A DNA stretch of 64,000 nucleotides, taken from positions 124,001-188,000 of the IMG/VR virus record IMGVR_UViG_3300046170_000378, one strand, 5' to 3'. Positions 1 through 9,053 of the stretch are shown in pieces; the stretch's first letter is position 1, and each line of letters begins with the position of its first letter. Both the position numbers and the translations under genes were made by a program. The notes beneath the pieces were generated by a model that saw only the letters and a list, made by a program, of their open reading frames with translations, was not told the DNA's origin and ran no database searches.

Positions 1-489
1 AACGGCCTAAGAGCTTATAGATTCCAATATGCTGCAGTTATTGCAGATGTATGTGACTGGTACCCAGAATTTATGAATAGAGAATCAATGTTCTATTATG
101 GTACTAATGCAGTAGAATGCATCGGTTATCTTGCAGATCCTGTAGAAAAGAAAGGTAAAAAGAGTGAAGAATTCTTAGATGCTGTTATGACAAAAATATA
201 CGAAGATACTGGGTCTTTACCGTATAACGCAGAAGATGTTGCTTGTGATTTTATTAGATGGATTGAAAATTATTTAAGGCCAGGCGCAGACTATGCGCAT
301 ATTAATATGGACACTCTTTGGAATTCTTCTGAAATTAAAGACCATCCATATGGCAGACAAAAAGCAATGCTAGATTTGGGGCTTGTAAAAACATTTAATG
401 GAATGACTTCATTTCCATCAGACGATAAAATATTACAAAGCGCTGGAGTATCAGTTGAAGAGTACAAAAAAATGGTAGCAAAAATATGA
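1..489 (+). CDS. aGPT-Pplase/amino-acid:DNA transferase-like (HhH-glycosylase fold) DNA base-modification protein, 5' truncated by window edge
   Basis: Frame open from base 1: NGLRAYRFQYAAVIADVCDWYPEFMNRESMFYYGTNAVECIGYL...YNAEDVACDFIRW resembles the G.G.F....D......GpGa..Gl and diE..lCE..KY motifs of the aGPT-Pplase family; paralogous to the next gene. Confidence 0.5.
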   Translation, partial: NGLRAYRFQYAAVIADVCDWYPEFMNRESMFYYGTNAVECIGYLADPVEKKGKKSEEFLDAVMTKIYEDTGSLPYNAEDVACDFIRWIENYLRPGADYAHINMDTLWNSSEIKDHPYGRQKAMLDLGLVKTFNGMTSFPSDDKILQSAGVSVEEYKKMVAKI

Positions 490-1592
490 GTAACACTATA
501 AAAGAAATAAAAAAAGTAGCTAAACAAACACCTGATCTGGGTGTTTTGTTTACGTTTGAAGACGATGTTACACAAGAGTATAGAAATATTACATATGATG
601 GTACTTCTACAAATGTTGCATTTAAAAAGAAAAAGCCAGCAGAAAGTTGGATGAAAGATTGGTCAGAAGAAATGAGGCTAGCAAAGTTCTTTGAATTTTG
701 TCACGAGTTTGATAAGAGAGAAGATAAACTTTTGTTAGAAGATTATCAGATATTTTCTCATAGACTACATTGGCACGAGCATCCTTATTGTTATATGATG
801 CAAAAAGAAACAGACTTAGAGAAGCTACTTTATTATACCATTGTTTTCTCTTTTTCAAATGAACATTGGGGTACAATAACTCGCTTAATTAATGAAGGTG
901 AAGAAAAGACTAGGGCACATTTTGTAGAAAACAGACATGCAAGAAATGATTTATTTCAGATCTATTATCCTAAAGGTACAATAGTTAAAGATTGGTTAAT
1001 TGAAGGACCTAAAAAAGCAGCTAAAGACATGGCTCATATTCTAGAAGATTTAGAAAGACCATATACAATGATGGAATTTGCTAAATTATTAGAAGCTTAT
1101 TTTAAAGAACATCAAGGATTTAGGTCACCATTATATCCATGTAAAAACACAGCAAGATATGTTGCAATGAGTAGACCAGATCTGGTTGACCCAGAATCTA
1201 TTTTATTTGGAGGAACTGGACACTTTGATGGCATGCAACAAATATTTGGAGGAGTTAATTTAAATGGAAAAGTAAAATACACGATTGACAAAGATGGTCA
1301 ATTTATTGCAGAAAACAAACACGCTGAAGAATGGCTAAGACAAATGGATGTACTCGTAAATCATCCAAATAATCCAATGGAAAGTCAAAAGTATTTAAAT
1401 GTAGAAGATAAAACATGTTTCTTCTATAAACACATTGCGATTAGTCATGGCATTAAGTCACCTACAAAGAGAATTCCATATACTTGGATATTCGATGGTA
1501 ACTTTAATTTAGCTAAACATCCAGATAAAGAAATTAATGTTAACGCAGACACTACTCGACATTTATGGGGTAGAGATTATCCAAACGAATAA
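486..1592 (+). CDS. aGPT-Pplase/amino-acid:DNA transferase-like DNA base-modification protein
   Basis: GFRSPLYPCKNTARYVAMSRPDLVDPESILFGGTGHFDGMQQIF and LNVEDKTCFFYKH parallel the motifs of the upstream paralog; adjacent PLP enzyme. Confidence 0.5.
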   Translation: MSNTIKEIKKVAKQTPDLGVLFTFEDDVTQEYRNITYDGTSTNVAFKKKKPAESWMKDWSEEMRLAKFFEFCHEFDKREDKLLLEDYQIFSHRLHWHEHPYCYMMQKETDLEKLLYYTIVFSFSNEHWGTITRLINEGEEKTRAHFVENRHARNDLFQIYYPKGTIVKDWLIEGPKKAAKDMAHILEDLERPYTMMEFAKLLEAYFKEHQGFRSPLYPCKNTARYVAMSRPDLVDPESILFGGTGHFDGMQQIFGGVNLNGKVKYTIDKDGQFIAENKHAEEWLRQMDVLVNHPNNPMESQKYLNVEDKTCFFYKHIAISHGIKSPTKRIPYTWIFDGNFNLAKHPDKEINVNADTTRHLWGRDYPNE

Positions 1593-1595
1593 AAT

Positions 1596-2492
1596 ATGGC
1601 ACACGATAAACACACGACAAGCACAATGAATCAAGATTTAAATCTAATGATGCCAAATAGACAGGCGTGGTTAGATTTGGCCGGTGATTGGCAAGATCCA
1701 CTGGATGATCCAGTTATTGTGAATCATGAAGGATTTAATGTAGTTAGAGATGATTTAATGGGATTTGGATCTAAATGTAGATTTGGTGATATTCTAGTTC
1801 AAAAGGCACCAACGGATACTTTAGTATACGTACAGCCCAGGTTTGGTTTTGCAGGAATATCTCTCGCATATTTAGCCAAAAAATATAATAAGAAACTGGT
1901 ATTATTCATGCCATCGGGCAAAGTAATATCAGATCATCAAGCAATATGTATTGAGAGAGGAGCAATACCTAAATTTAGAAGAATTGCAGCAATGCCTAAT
2001 TTAAATAGAATTGCAAAACAATGGGCAGAAGATAATAATGCAACATTTATTCCACTAGGACTTAAACATGAACTAGTAACTGCAGCCGCAGTAAAGGTTG
2101 CATATGATGTAGCAGAAAAACATGGTTATCCAGAAGAAGTGTGGTCAGCAATATCTACTGGCGTTTTATCTAGATCTTTACAAATTGCATGGCCAGATGC
2201 TGAATTTAATGCAGTCGCGGTTTCTAGAAATATACAGACAGGTGAATTAGGTAGAGCTAAAGTTTGGTCACATCCAAAGGCGTTTGCATCAGATGTTAAT
2301 CCAGAATTTGCACCTCCGTTTCCATCTGCAATGAACTACGATGCAAAGGCTTGGGAATTTATGGTTAAGCATGGAAATCAAGGAGCTTGGTTTTGGAACG
2401 TAGGTGGACAACCTTACCCAGAATCAGAGGAAACTAAAGAAAAAACAAATTCAAAAAGAGAATGGGGAGAAGTTTTAGAAATGGACAAATAA
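1596..2492 (+). CDS. PLP-dependent enzyme, fold type II (cysteine synthase/desulfhydrase-like)
   Basis: VVRDDL..FGSKCR (PLP lysine), GFAGISLAYLAKKYNKKLVLFMP, SAISTGVLSR phosphate loop. Confidence 0.75.
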   Translation: MAHDKHTTSTMNQDLNLMMPNRQAWLDLAGDWQDPLDDPVIVNHEGFNVVRDDLMGFGSKCRFGDILVQKAPTDTLVYVQPRFGFAGISLAYLAKKYNKKLVLFMPSGKVISDHQAICIERGAIPKFRRIAAMPNLNRIAKQWAEDNNATFIPLGLKHELVTAAAVKVAYDVAEKHGYPEEVWSAISTGVLSRSLQIAWPDAEFNAVAVSRNIQTGELGRAKVWSHPKAFASDVNPEFAPPFPSAMNYDAKAWEFMVKHGNQGAWFWNVGGQPYPESEETKEKTNSKREWGEVLEMDK

Positions 2493-2496
2493 TACT

Positions 2497-2524
2497 GAAA
2501 CTATCTCACTAAAGATCATAGAAT
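2497..2524 (+). promoter_or_regulatory. Putative middle promoter variant GAAAC-N17-TAGAAT
   Basis: Same spacing as the GAAAC-N17/18-TATAA family; upstream of dNTPase/polymerase. Confidence 0.45.
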
Positions 2525-2542
2525 TAATATACACAAAAAAAT

Positions 2543-3007
2543 ATGGCAAACATAGACAACAAATGCGCAGATCTTGATATTCAAGATTATCACAAAGATA
2601 CTAAAGATACTTTTGGTTTACTCTTTGACAAGCAAAAAGAATTGCAATCTAGATTGGGCTTTGACTTTGAAGGTTGGAGCATTAAAGAGATTGCAGATTT
2701 CTGGATGGTAAACAAACATGCAATGAGCGATGAGCTTAATGAAATGTTTGATGCACTAGGTGGAATTAATGACGGTATTGGAAACGCAGGTTGGAAATAC
2801 TGGAAGAAGGACAATGTTAAGACTCCTGAAATGAAAATCGAAGATCTTAGCGAAGAAGATAAGCTAGAATTATTTTATGAGTGGATTGATGGTCTTCATT
2901 TTTATATGAACTTTGCAATTTCTATTGGTATGACAAGTAAAGATATAGTTAACTTGTACATGGCAAAGAATGCTGAGAATCACGATAGACAAGAGCGAGG
3001 ATATTAA
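2543..3007 (+). CDS. Dimeric (all-alpha, MazG-like) dUTPase/dNTP pyrophosphatase, T4 gp56-like
   Basis: SDELNEMFDALG...WKYWK...ELFYEWIDGLHF...YMAKNAENHDRQ. Confidence 0.75.
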   Translation: MANIDNKCADLDIQDYHKDTKDTFGLLFDKQKELQSRLGFDFEGWSIKEIADFWMVNKHAMSDELNEMFDALGGINDGIGNAGWKYWKKDNVKTPEMKIEDLSEEDKLELFYEWIDGLHFYMNFAISIGMTSKDIVNLYMAKNAENHDRQERGY

Positions 3008-3025
3008 TCAAACAACACACATAAT

Positions 3026-4442
3026 ATGTTACTAGACATAGAGCAAAAAGAAAACGAAGTTATTATTAGTTACTACGATAAGGAAGGTAAAGTTTCCTTT
3101 AAAAGATATTCTGTAAATAAATTTGAAAATTGGGTAGTTACTGAAGAAAAGGATCGTTGGAAAGATGTTAAGTTTAGGAACTGGGATAATAGACCTATTA
3201 AAAGATCTATCTCTAGAAGTTTTAATAAATTTAGCCTGCTCTATTTCATGGATTCATTGCCTGAAAAAGATCAAGAAGAAATCTTTGAATTTAATATGCC
3301 ACGTACATACTTTGTGGATATTGAAACTGAAATTGTAGATGGATTCCCAAAAGCAGAAGAAGCAAAAACTAGAATTCTATCGTTTTCTATTATTACACCC
3401 TGAGCGCAAAGCAATTGTTTTAGGTTTAGAAGACATGAGTTCTGATCAGATCAAGAAAATTGAAGAAGATACCAATAAACACTTCAAAGATTATGATCAA
3501 GACTGGGAATTTAGTTATTACAAGTTTGACGACGAGTATAACATGGTTTATAGTTTCTTACATAAGTTTTTACCTAAGTTCCCAATGATGACTGGTTGGA
3601 ACTTCATTAACTATGACTGGCAGTATATAGTAAACAGATGTAAGAGATTACAAATCGACCTGACTGATGTGGCTATCACTGGATCACTAGATCGAAATGA
3701 TAGTAGACCATTGCACATGGGTATTCTAGATTACATGCAATTATATGATAAATATGATAGATCAGTTGCAGTAAAAGAATCTAATTCTTTAGATTTTGTA
3801 TCGAGCTCAGTATTAGATGTTGCAAAAATCAAATACACTGGTGGATTACAAGAACTTTATGAAGATAATTTTCAAAAGTACATTTACTATAACGTAGTCG
3901 ATTCTTGTCTGGTATATTACATAGATCAACAACTTAGATCCATGGAAGTACTATTGACATTGGCAACTATCACAAGAATGCCGCTTTATAAAGCAGCATC
4001 TCCAGTGGCAGTAACTGAAGCACTTATAGCTAGAAAGCTAATAGGTCAGAATAAAAAAATTGGAATGGAATGGAATAAAGAAGATGCTAAAAAAGATGGC
4101 AAATTCGAAGGAGCATTTGTTAAACAGCCTATTGTAGGCTATTACTCTGGAGTTTCTGCGTTTGACTTTGCATCTCTGTATCCATCAATCATGCGTCAAT
4201 TTAATATATCTCCGGATGCATTTATTGAACAAGTGAATGAAATGGAAATTCCAGAAAGAAGAAAAGACAAAGATGTCATTGTCTGCGAAAACGGTGTTGT
4301 ATATAAGAAAGAAGATAGTATTCTTAAAAAGATACTAGCAGATTTATATGGTCAAAGAAAGGACTATAAAAGAACTTCTTACGAGTATTATGAAAAAGCC
4401 CATGAACTAGAAAAAAAATTAAAGAAAAAAATTAAGGTCTAA
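3026..4442 (+). CDS. Family B DNA polymerase, N-terminal subunit (gp43A-like: 3'-5' exonuclease + motif A); one apparent +1 indel at ~3400
   Basis: ExoI VDIET, ExoII GWNFINYD, ExoIII YNVVDS, motif A FDFASLYPS; removing one C from acaccctgag joins the ORFs as IITPERKAIV. Confidence 0.9.
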
Positions 4443-4468
4443 TTTTTAGAAAAAAGAAATAGTAGCAT

Positions 4469-4476
4469 GATATATA
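4469..4476 (+). promoter_or_regulatory. Putative late promoter GATATATA
   Basis: Motif shared with structural-gene leaders; upstream of nrdB. Confidence 0.4.
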
Positions 4477-4593
4477 AAATCCTAGCAGCGCTGCTATTAT
4501 TCTTACATCTAAATAGATTAGACTGGGTCTTACATAAGGCCCATTGTAGTCTTAACTGGATTCTGTAAAAAAACTTAAAAAAATAATAGCAAT

Positions 4594-5604
4594 ATGTCAA
4601 ATCTCTTTAAAGAACGCTTAGAATACAAACCGTTCGAATATCCTGAATACTATAACGAAGGTTGGCTTAAACAGGCCCAAGCCTTTTGGTTACACACTGA
4701 AATCTCAATGCAAGGTGATGTAAAAGATTGGAATGAAAATCTTATGCCACATGAAAAAAACCTTGTAGGTAATATTCTTTTGGGTTTTGCTCAAACCGAA
4801 TGTGCAGTTTCAGACTATTGGACTAATATGGTAACGAGTTGGTTTCCTAAACATGAGATTAGACAAATGGCTATGATGTTTGGATCACAAGAAACAATAC
4901 ATGCAGTTGCATATTCATATCTTAATGAAACATTGGGCTTAGAGGATTTTGCAGCATTTTTACACGAACCTGCAATTGCCGAAAAGTTTGACCTATTAAC
5001 TTCAACTTCTGCAGATTACACACATGAAGATCTAGCAGTTAATGAAGATGCTAGAAAAGAAGTCGCTAGATCATTAGCTATTTTCTCAGCATTTGCTGAA
5101 GGTGTTTCACTCTACAGTTCTTTTGCGGTTTTATATAGTTTCCAAATGAGAAACTTACTTAAAGGAATTGGCCAACAAATGAAGTGGTCAGTAAGAGATG
5201 AGTCTTTGCACTCAAAGATGGGATGCCAGTTATTCAGACACATGTGTACAGAGTATCCAGAATTAAAGGATCAAGTAGAATCAGAAGTTTTAGAAGCTGC
5301 TAGATTAATGGTTGAAATGGAACACAAGTTTATTGATAAAATGTTTGAGCAAGGTGATCTTGCAAATATGGAAGCAGAAAATCTAAAACATTTTATTGTT
5401 AAAAGAGCTAATGAAAAGATTGCAGAGCTTGGATACACCGATGGTCCTTTTATGGAATTAGATGATGAAAAAGCAAGTAACTTAGATTGGTTTTATCACC
5501 TAACAGGTGGACATACGCACACCGACTTTTTTGCTATCAGACCTACTGACTACGCAAAAGCAGGAGAAGACGAGAATTGGGACGAGGATGACTTGTTCGA
5601 CTAA
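4594..5604 (+). CDS. nrdB: Ribonucleotide reductase class Ia beta subunit
   Basis: QETIHAVAY, FAEGVSL, VRDESLH di-iron motifs; C-terminal acidic tail. Confidence 0.95.
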   Translation: MSNLFKERLEYKPFEYPEYYNEGWLKQAQAFWLHTEISMQGDVKDWNENLMPHEKNLVGNILLGFAQTECAVSDYWTNMVTSWFPKHEIRQMAMMFGSQETIHAVAYSYLNETLGLEDFAAFLHEPAIAEKFDLLTSTSADYTHEDLAVNEDARKEVARSLAIFSAFAEGVSLYSSFAVLYSFQMRNLLKGIGQQMKWSVRDESLHSKMGCQLFRHMCTEYPELKDQVESEVLEAARLMVEMEHKFIDKMFEQGDLANMEAENLKHFIVKRANEKIAELGYTDGPFMELDDEKASNLDWFYHLTGGHTHTDFFAIRPTDYAKAGEDENWDEDDLFD

Positions 5605-5618
5605 TACAGATAATAAAA

Positions 5619-7456
5619 ATGAGTAAAGAAAATAAAGTAAACTATGGAGCTTCATTAGGTTGGGAGCTAGGTGTTGATTTCCCAACATGGGGAAACACAG
5701 AGATATACGTTAAGACAATAAGCAAAGGATATTGTTACCAAGATGAAACGCCAAAAGGATGCATATTGGAGAGTTGCAACTACAATTGCTAAAAGATTAG
5801 GTAAACCTGAACTTGCATCGAAATTTTTTGATTATATATGGAAAGGTTGGTTGAATCTAGCCTCACCGGTTCTTTCAAACACTGGGCTAGAAAGAGGACT
5901 TCCTATTTCATGTTTTGGTATTGATGTCGCTGATTCTATTCATGACATTGGAGCTAAAAACTTAGAAATGATGTTACTCGCTAAGCATGGTGGAGGTGTT
6001 GGACTAGGTATTAATCAAATTAGACCAGCGGGTGCAAAAATCACAGGTAATGGAACAAGCGACGGAGTCGTACCGTTCTGTAAAATATATGACTCTACAA
6101 TCCTTGCTACTAACCAAGGGTCTGTCAGACGTGGAGCTGCGTCAGTTAATATTGATATTGAACATGATGATTTCTGGGAATGGCTAGAAATTAGAGAACC
6201 TAAAGGTGATGTAAATAGACAATCTTTAAATCTACATCAATGTGCTGTTGTTCCAGATGGTTTTATGCAAAAAGTAGAAGCAGGTGATAAGGAATCTCGT
6301 AAAAGATGGGCTGCACTTTTAAGAAAGCGTAGATCTACAGGAGAACCATATATCATGTATAAAGGAAATGTAAATAGAGCTAATCCAGAAGCATATCACA
6401 AAAATGGATTAAAAGTTTATATGACCAATATTTGTTCTGAAATTACATTACACACAGATGAATCGCATTCATTTCGTATGTTGTTTATCATCTGTAAACC
6501 TTGGCAAAATACAACGAATGGAAAGATACTGATCTTATTTACACCGCGACTTGGTTTTTAGATGGTGTTATGGAAGAATTTATCCAAAAGGCTAAATTTA
6601 TGAGAGGTTTTGAAAACTCAATTAGATCAGCTGAAAAAGGAAGAGCATTAGGACTTGGTGTATTAGGATGGCATACATATCTACAAGAAAAAAATATTCC
6701 ATTTGATTCTCTATCTGCTCAATTTGAAACACGTAAAATATTTTCACAATTAAAGATAGAATCTGAAAGAGCATCTAGAGATTTAGCTACAGAATATGGT
6801 GAACCACTTTGGTGCGTAGGGACTGGAATGAGAAACACACACCTAAGAGCTATTGCTCCTACAGTAACTAATTCAAAACTTAGTGGAAATGTTTCACCTG
6901 GTATTGAGCCATGGGCAGCAAATCTATTAACAGAACAAACAGCTAAAGGGCACTTTCATCAGAAAAAACCCAACATTAGAAAAGGTTTTAGAAACTATCG
7001 GTAAAAATACTAAAACAACATGGGACAAGATATTAGAAGATGGTGGTTCGGTTTTAGGTTTACCATGGATTGAAGATTATTTTGTTTCCTTCGTTTTCAG
7101 ATAACGATGGAACTGCAGGTATTCAAAAACCATTGACTCAAAAACAATTGGAAAAATTACCAACGTTAGAGCAGGCCGATTATATTCCCATGAAAGATGT
7201 ATTTAGAACATTTAAGGAAATTAATCAATTAGATCTAGTAAGACAAGCGGGTATTAGACAACAATATGTTGATCAAGCTGCAAGTTTAAATCTAGCTTTC
7301 CCAAAAGAAGCTGAACCCAAATTCATAAATCAAGTACACTTAGAAGCATACAGAAAGGGCGTAAAAACACTTTACTATATGAGAACTGAAAGTGTACTTA
7401 GAGGAGATATTGCTGCATCTGCTACAGATCCCGACTGTGCAGCGTGTGACGGATAA
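5619..7456 (+). CDS. nrdA: Ribonucleotide reductase class Ia alpha subunit (several apparent sequencing indels)
   Basis: LASPVLSN, ISCF, TNICSEI, IAPTVTNS, KTLYYMRT, C-terminal CAACDG; N-terminus WELGVDFPTWGNTEIY as in Flavobacteriia NrdA. Confidence 0.92.
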
Positions 7457-7512
7457 AAATAAAAAGGTGAGGTTTGAAGACCTCGTCTTAGGACCGGGAT
7501 AGTTCTCGGAAA

Positions 7513-7550
7513 GAGGCCAGACGTATCGCTACTGTCTGGCCTCGCTTTTT
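7513..7550 (+). terminator. Rho-independent terminator after nrdA
   Basis: GAGGCCAGAC...GTCTGGCCTC stem followed by T run. Confidence 0.75.
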
Positions 7551-7602
7551 ATAAAGAATTATCATATTAACAATCAAATGTTAATTATTTTAGATAAAAA
7601 AT

Positions 7603-7629
7603 GAAACCTTTTTTGTTTACATGGTATAA
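7603..7629 (+). promoter_or_regulatory. Putative middle promoter GAAAC-N17-TATAA
   Basis: tGAAACcttttttgtttacatggTATAAt upstream of OMP gene. Confidence 0.6.
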
Positions 7630-7772
7630 TAGACCAATTAACAAAGAAAAATGAACACAACTTCATTATACTTATTAACAAAGACTGCTAAAAATAACAG
7701 CAGCACATCTATCTTTACTCCTAGAACTGTTATCACAGACTGATAGATTTATTTTAACCAAAACATTTTAAT

Positions 7773-8189
7773 ATGAAAAATTTTATTTTAACATTAGCCC
7801 TTGTGGCATTGACAACATTCGGTGCAAATGCACAGAATGCAAAAGGTGACTGGTACGTAGGTACTGGCGATATTACTAACACGGCTTGGACTGAATTATC
7901 AATCCAACCAACAATCGGTTATGCATTTGCAGATAACTACATGGTGGGAATGAGCCTTTCACAGGCAGATTCAACTGAAGACATGTCTTTAGGCCTAGAA
8001 GGAAGATATTTCCACAAAGGGTTTTTTGGATATGTAGGACTTAATGATTTTGATTTCGATCAACTTCAATTAGGCGTAGGTAAAATGTTCGCATTCCATA
8101 AAGGATCTATGTTTGTAGATCCAAAAATCGTTTACGATTTAGGAACTGAGACAACTAACCTTCAAATCGGCTTTGGTTTAAAGTTCTAA
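7773..8189 (+). CDS. Small outer-membrane beta-barrel protein with signal peptide
   Basis: MKNFILTLALVALTTFGANA signal; alternating hydrophobic beta-strands; C-terminal LQIGFGLKF beta-signal. Confidence 0.75.
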   Translation: MKNFILTLALVALTTFGANAQNAKGDWYVGTGDITNTAWTELSIQPTIGYAFADNYMVGMSLSQADSTEDMSLGLEGRYFHKGFFGYVGLNDFDFDQLQLGVGKMFAFHKGSMFVDPKIVYDLGTETTNLQIGFGLKF

Positions 8190-8214
8190 ACTAAAACTGA
8201 TTTGGTTAAATTAT

Positions 8215-8246
8215 AAGCCCGAGTTTCTAGGATCTCGGGCTTTTTT
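8215..8246 (+). terminator. Rho-independent terminator
   Basis: AAGCCCGAG...CTCGGGCTTTTTT. Confidence 0.8.
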
Positions 8247-8249
8247 ATT

Positions 8250-8277
8250 GAAACATTTTAATAAGACAAAGTATAAT
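8250..8277 (+). promoter_or_regulatory. Putative middle promoter GAAAC-N18-TATAA
   Basis: Upstream of clamp and polymerase C-subunit. Confidence 0.6.
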
Positions 8278-8306
8278 AATAAATCATTATCAAAAAACAA
8301 ATATTT

Positions 8307-9051
8307 ATGAAACTTAAATTAGATCGTATTGACCAGCATGCTTTGACAGCATTCATCAACAGAGTAAAACCGATTGATTCTTTCATTTACATGAAAATTG
8401 CAGATGGAACAATTAATTCAACAGTTTATCTTCCACAAAGAGATGCAGTAAAACATCACTCAGTAGAAGTAAGTACTATTTTTCAAGTAGAAGAATGGCC
8501 AGAAAACTGACAAAGAAATGAAAATTGCATTCTTTGAAGGTAACAAAGTAATCGAAGCTATTAAGCACTTTGATGCAGATGCAATTAAAGGTGAAATTGA
8601 ATTCATCGAAAACGACAATGAATTAGTAGCATCTTCGCTACGTATTTTCAATGATGAGCTAGAAATTACTTTAGCTTGTTCAGAGCCTTCACTTGGCTTT
8701 AAAGATCTTACACAAGATCAGATTGATGCAATCTTTGCAAGAGAAGATAGTAAATTTGACTTTAGCTTTGACACTCACATGATAGGTAAAGTTAAAAATC
8801 TATTTTCACTAGATAAAGATGAAACATTTAGCATTAAATCTGATGTATCAGGTGTAAGCGTAAGTGGTAAATCATTTAGCGTTGTAATCAATCCAGATAC
8901 AAGCGGAAATGGTGAAGTAACAGTTTATAAAAAGTACTTAAGCTTACTTGACAAAGACGAACAAACAGTATATGTTTCAGGATCAAAGGTTGTTTTTAAC
9001 TCCAATGACACAAATACATTACTAACTGTTTCAACTTGTCAAACAGCATAA
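8307..9051 (+). CDS. Probable DNA polymerase sliding clamp (gp45-like); one apparent indel at ~8505
   Basis: ~247 aa when joined (EWPETDKEMKIAF), alpha/beta pattern, directly upstream of the polymerase gene; weak sequence recognition. Confidence 0.55.
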
Positions 9052-9053
9052 GT

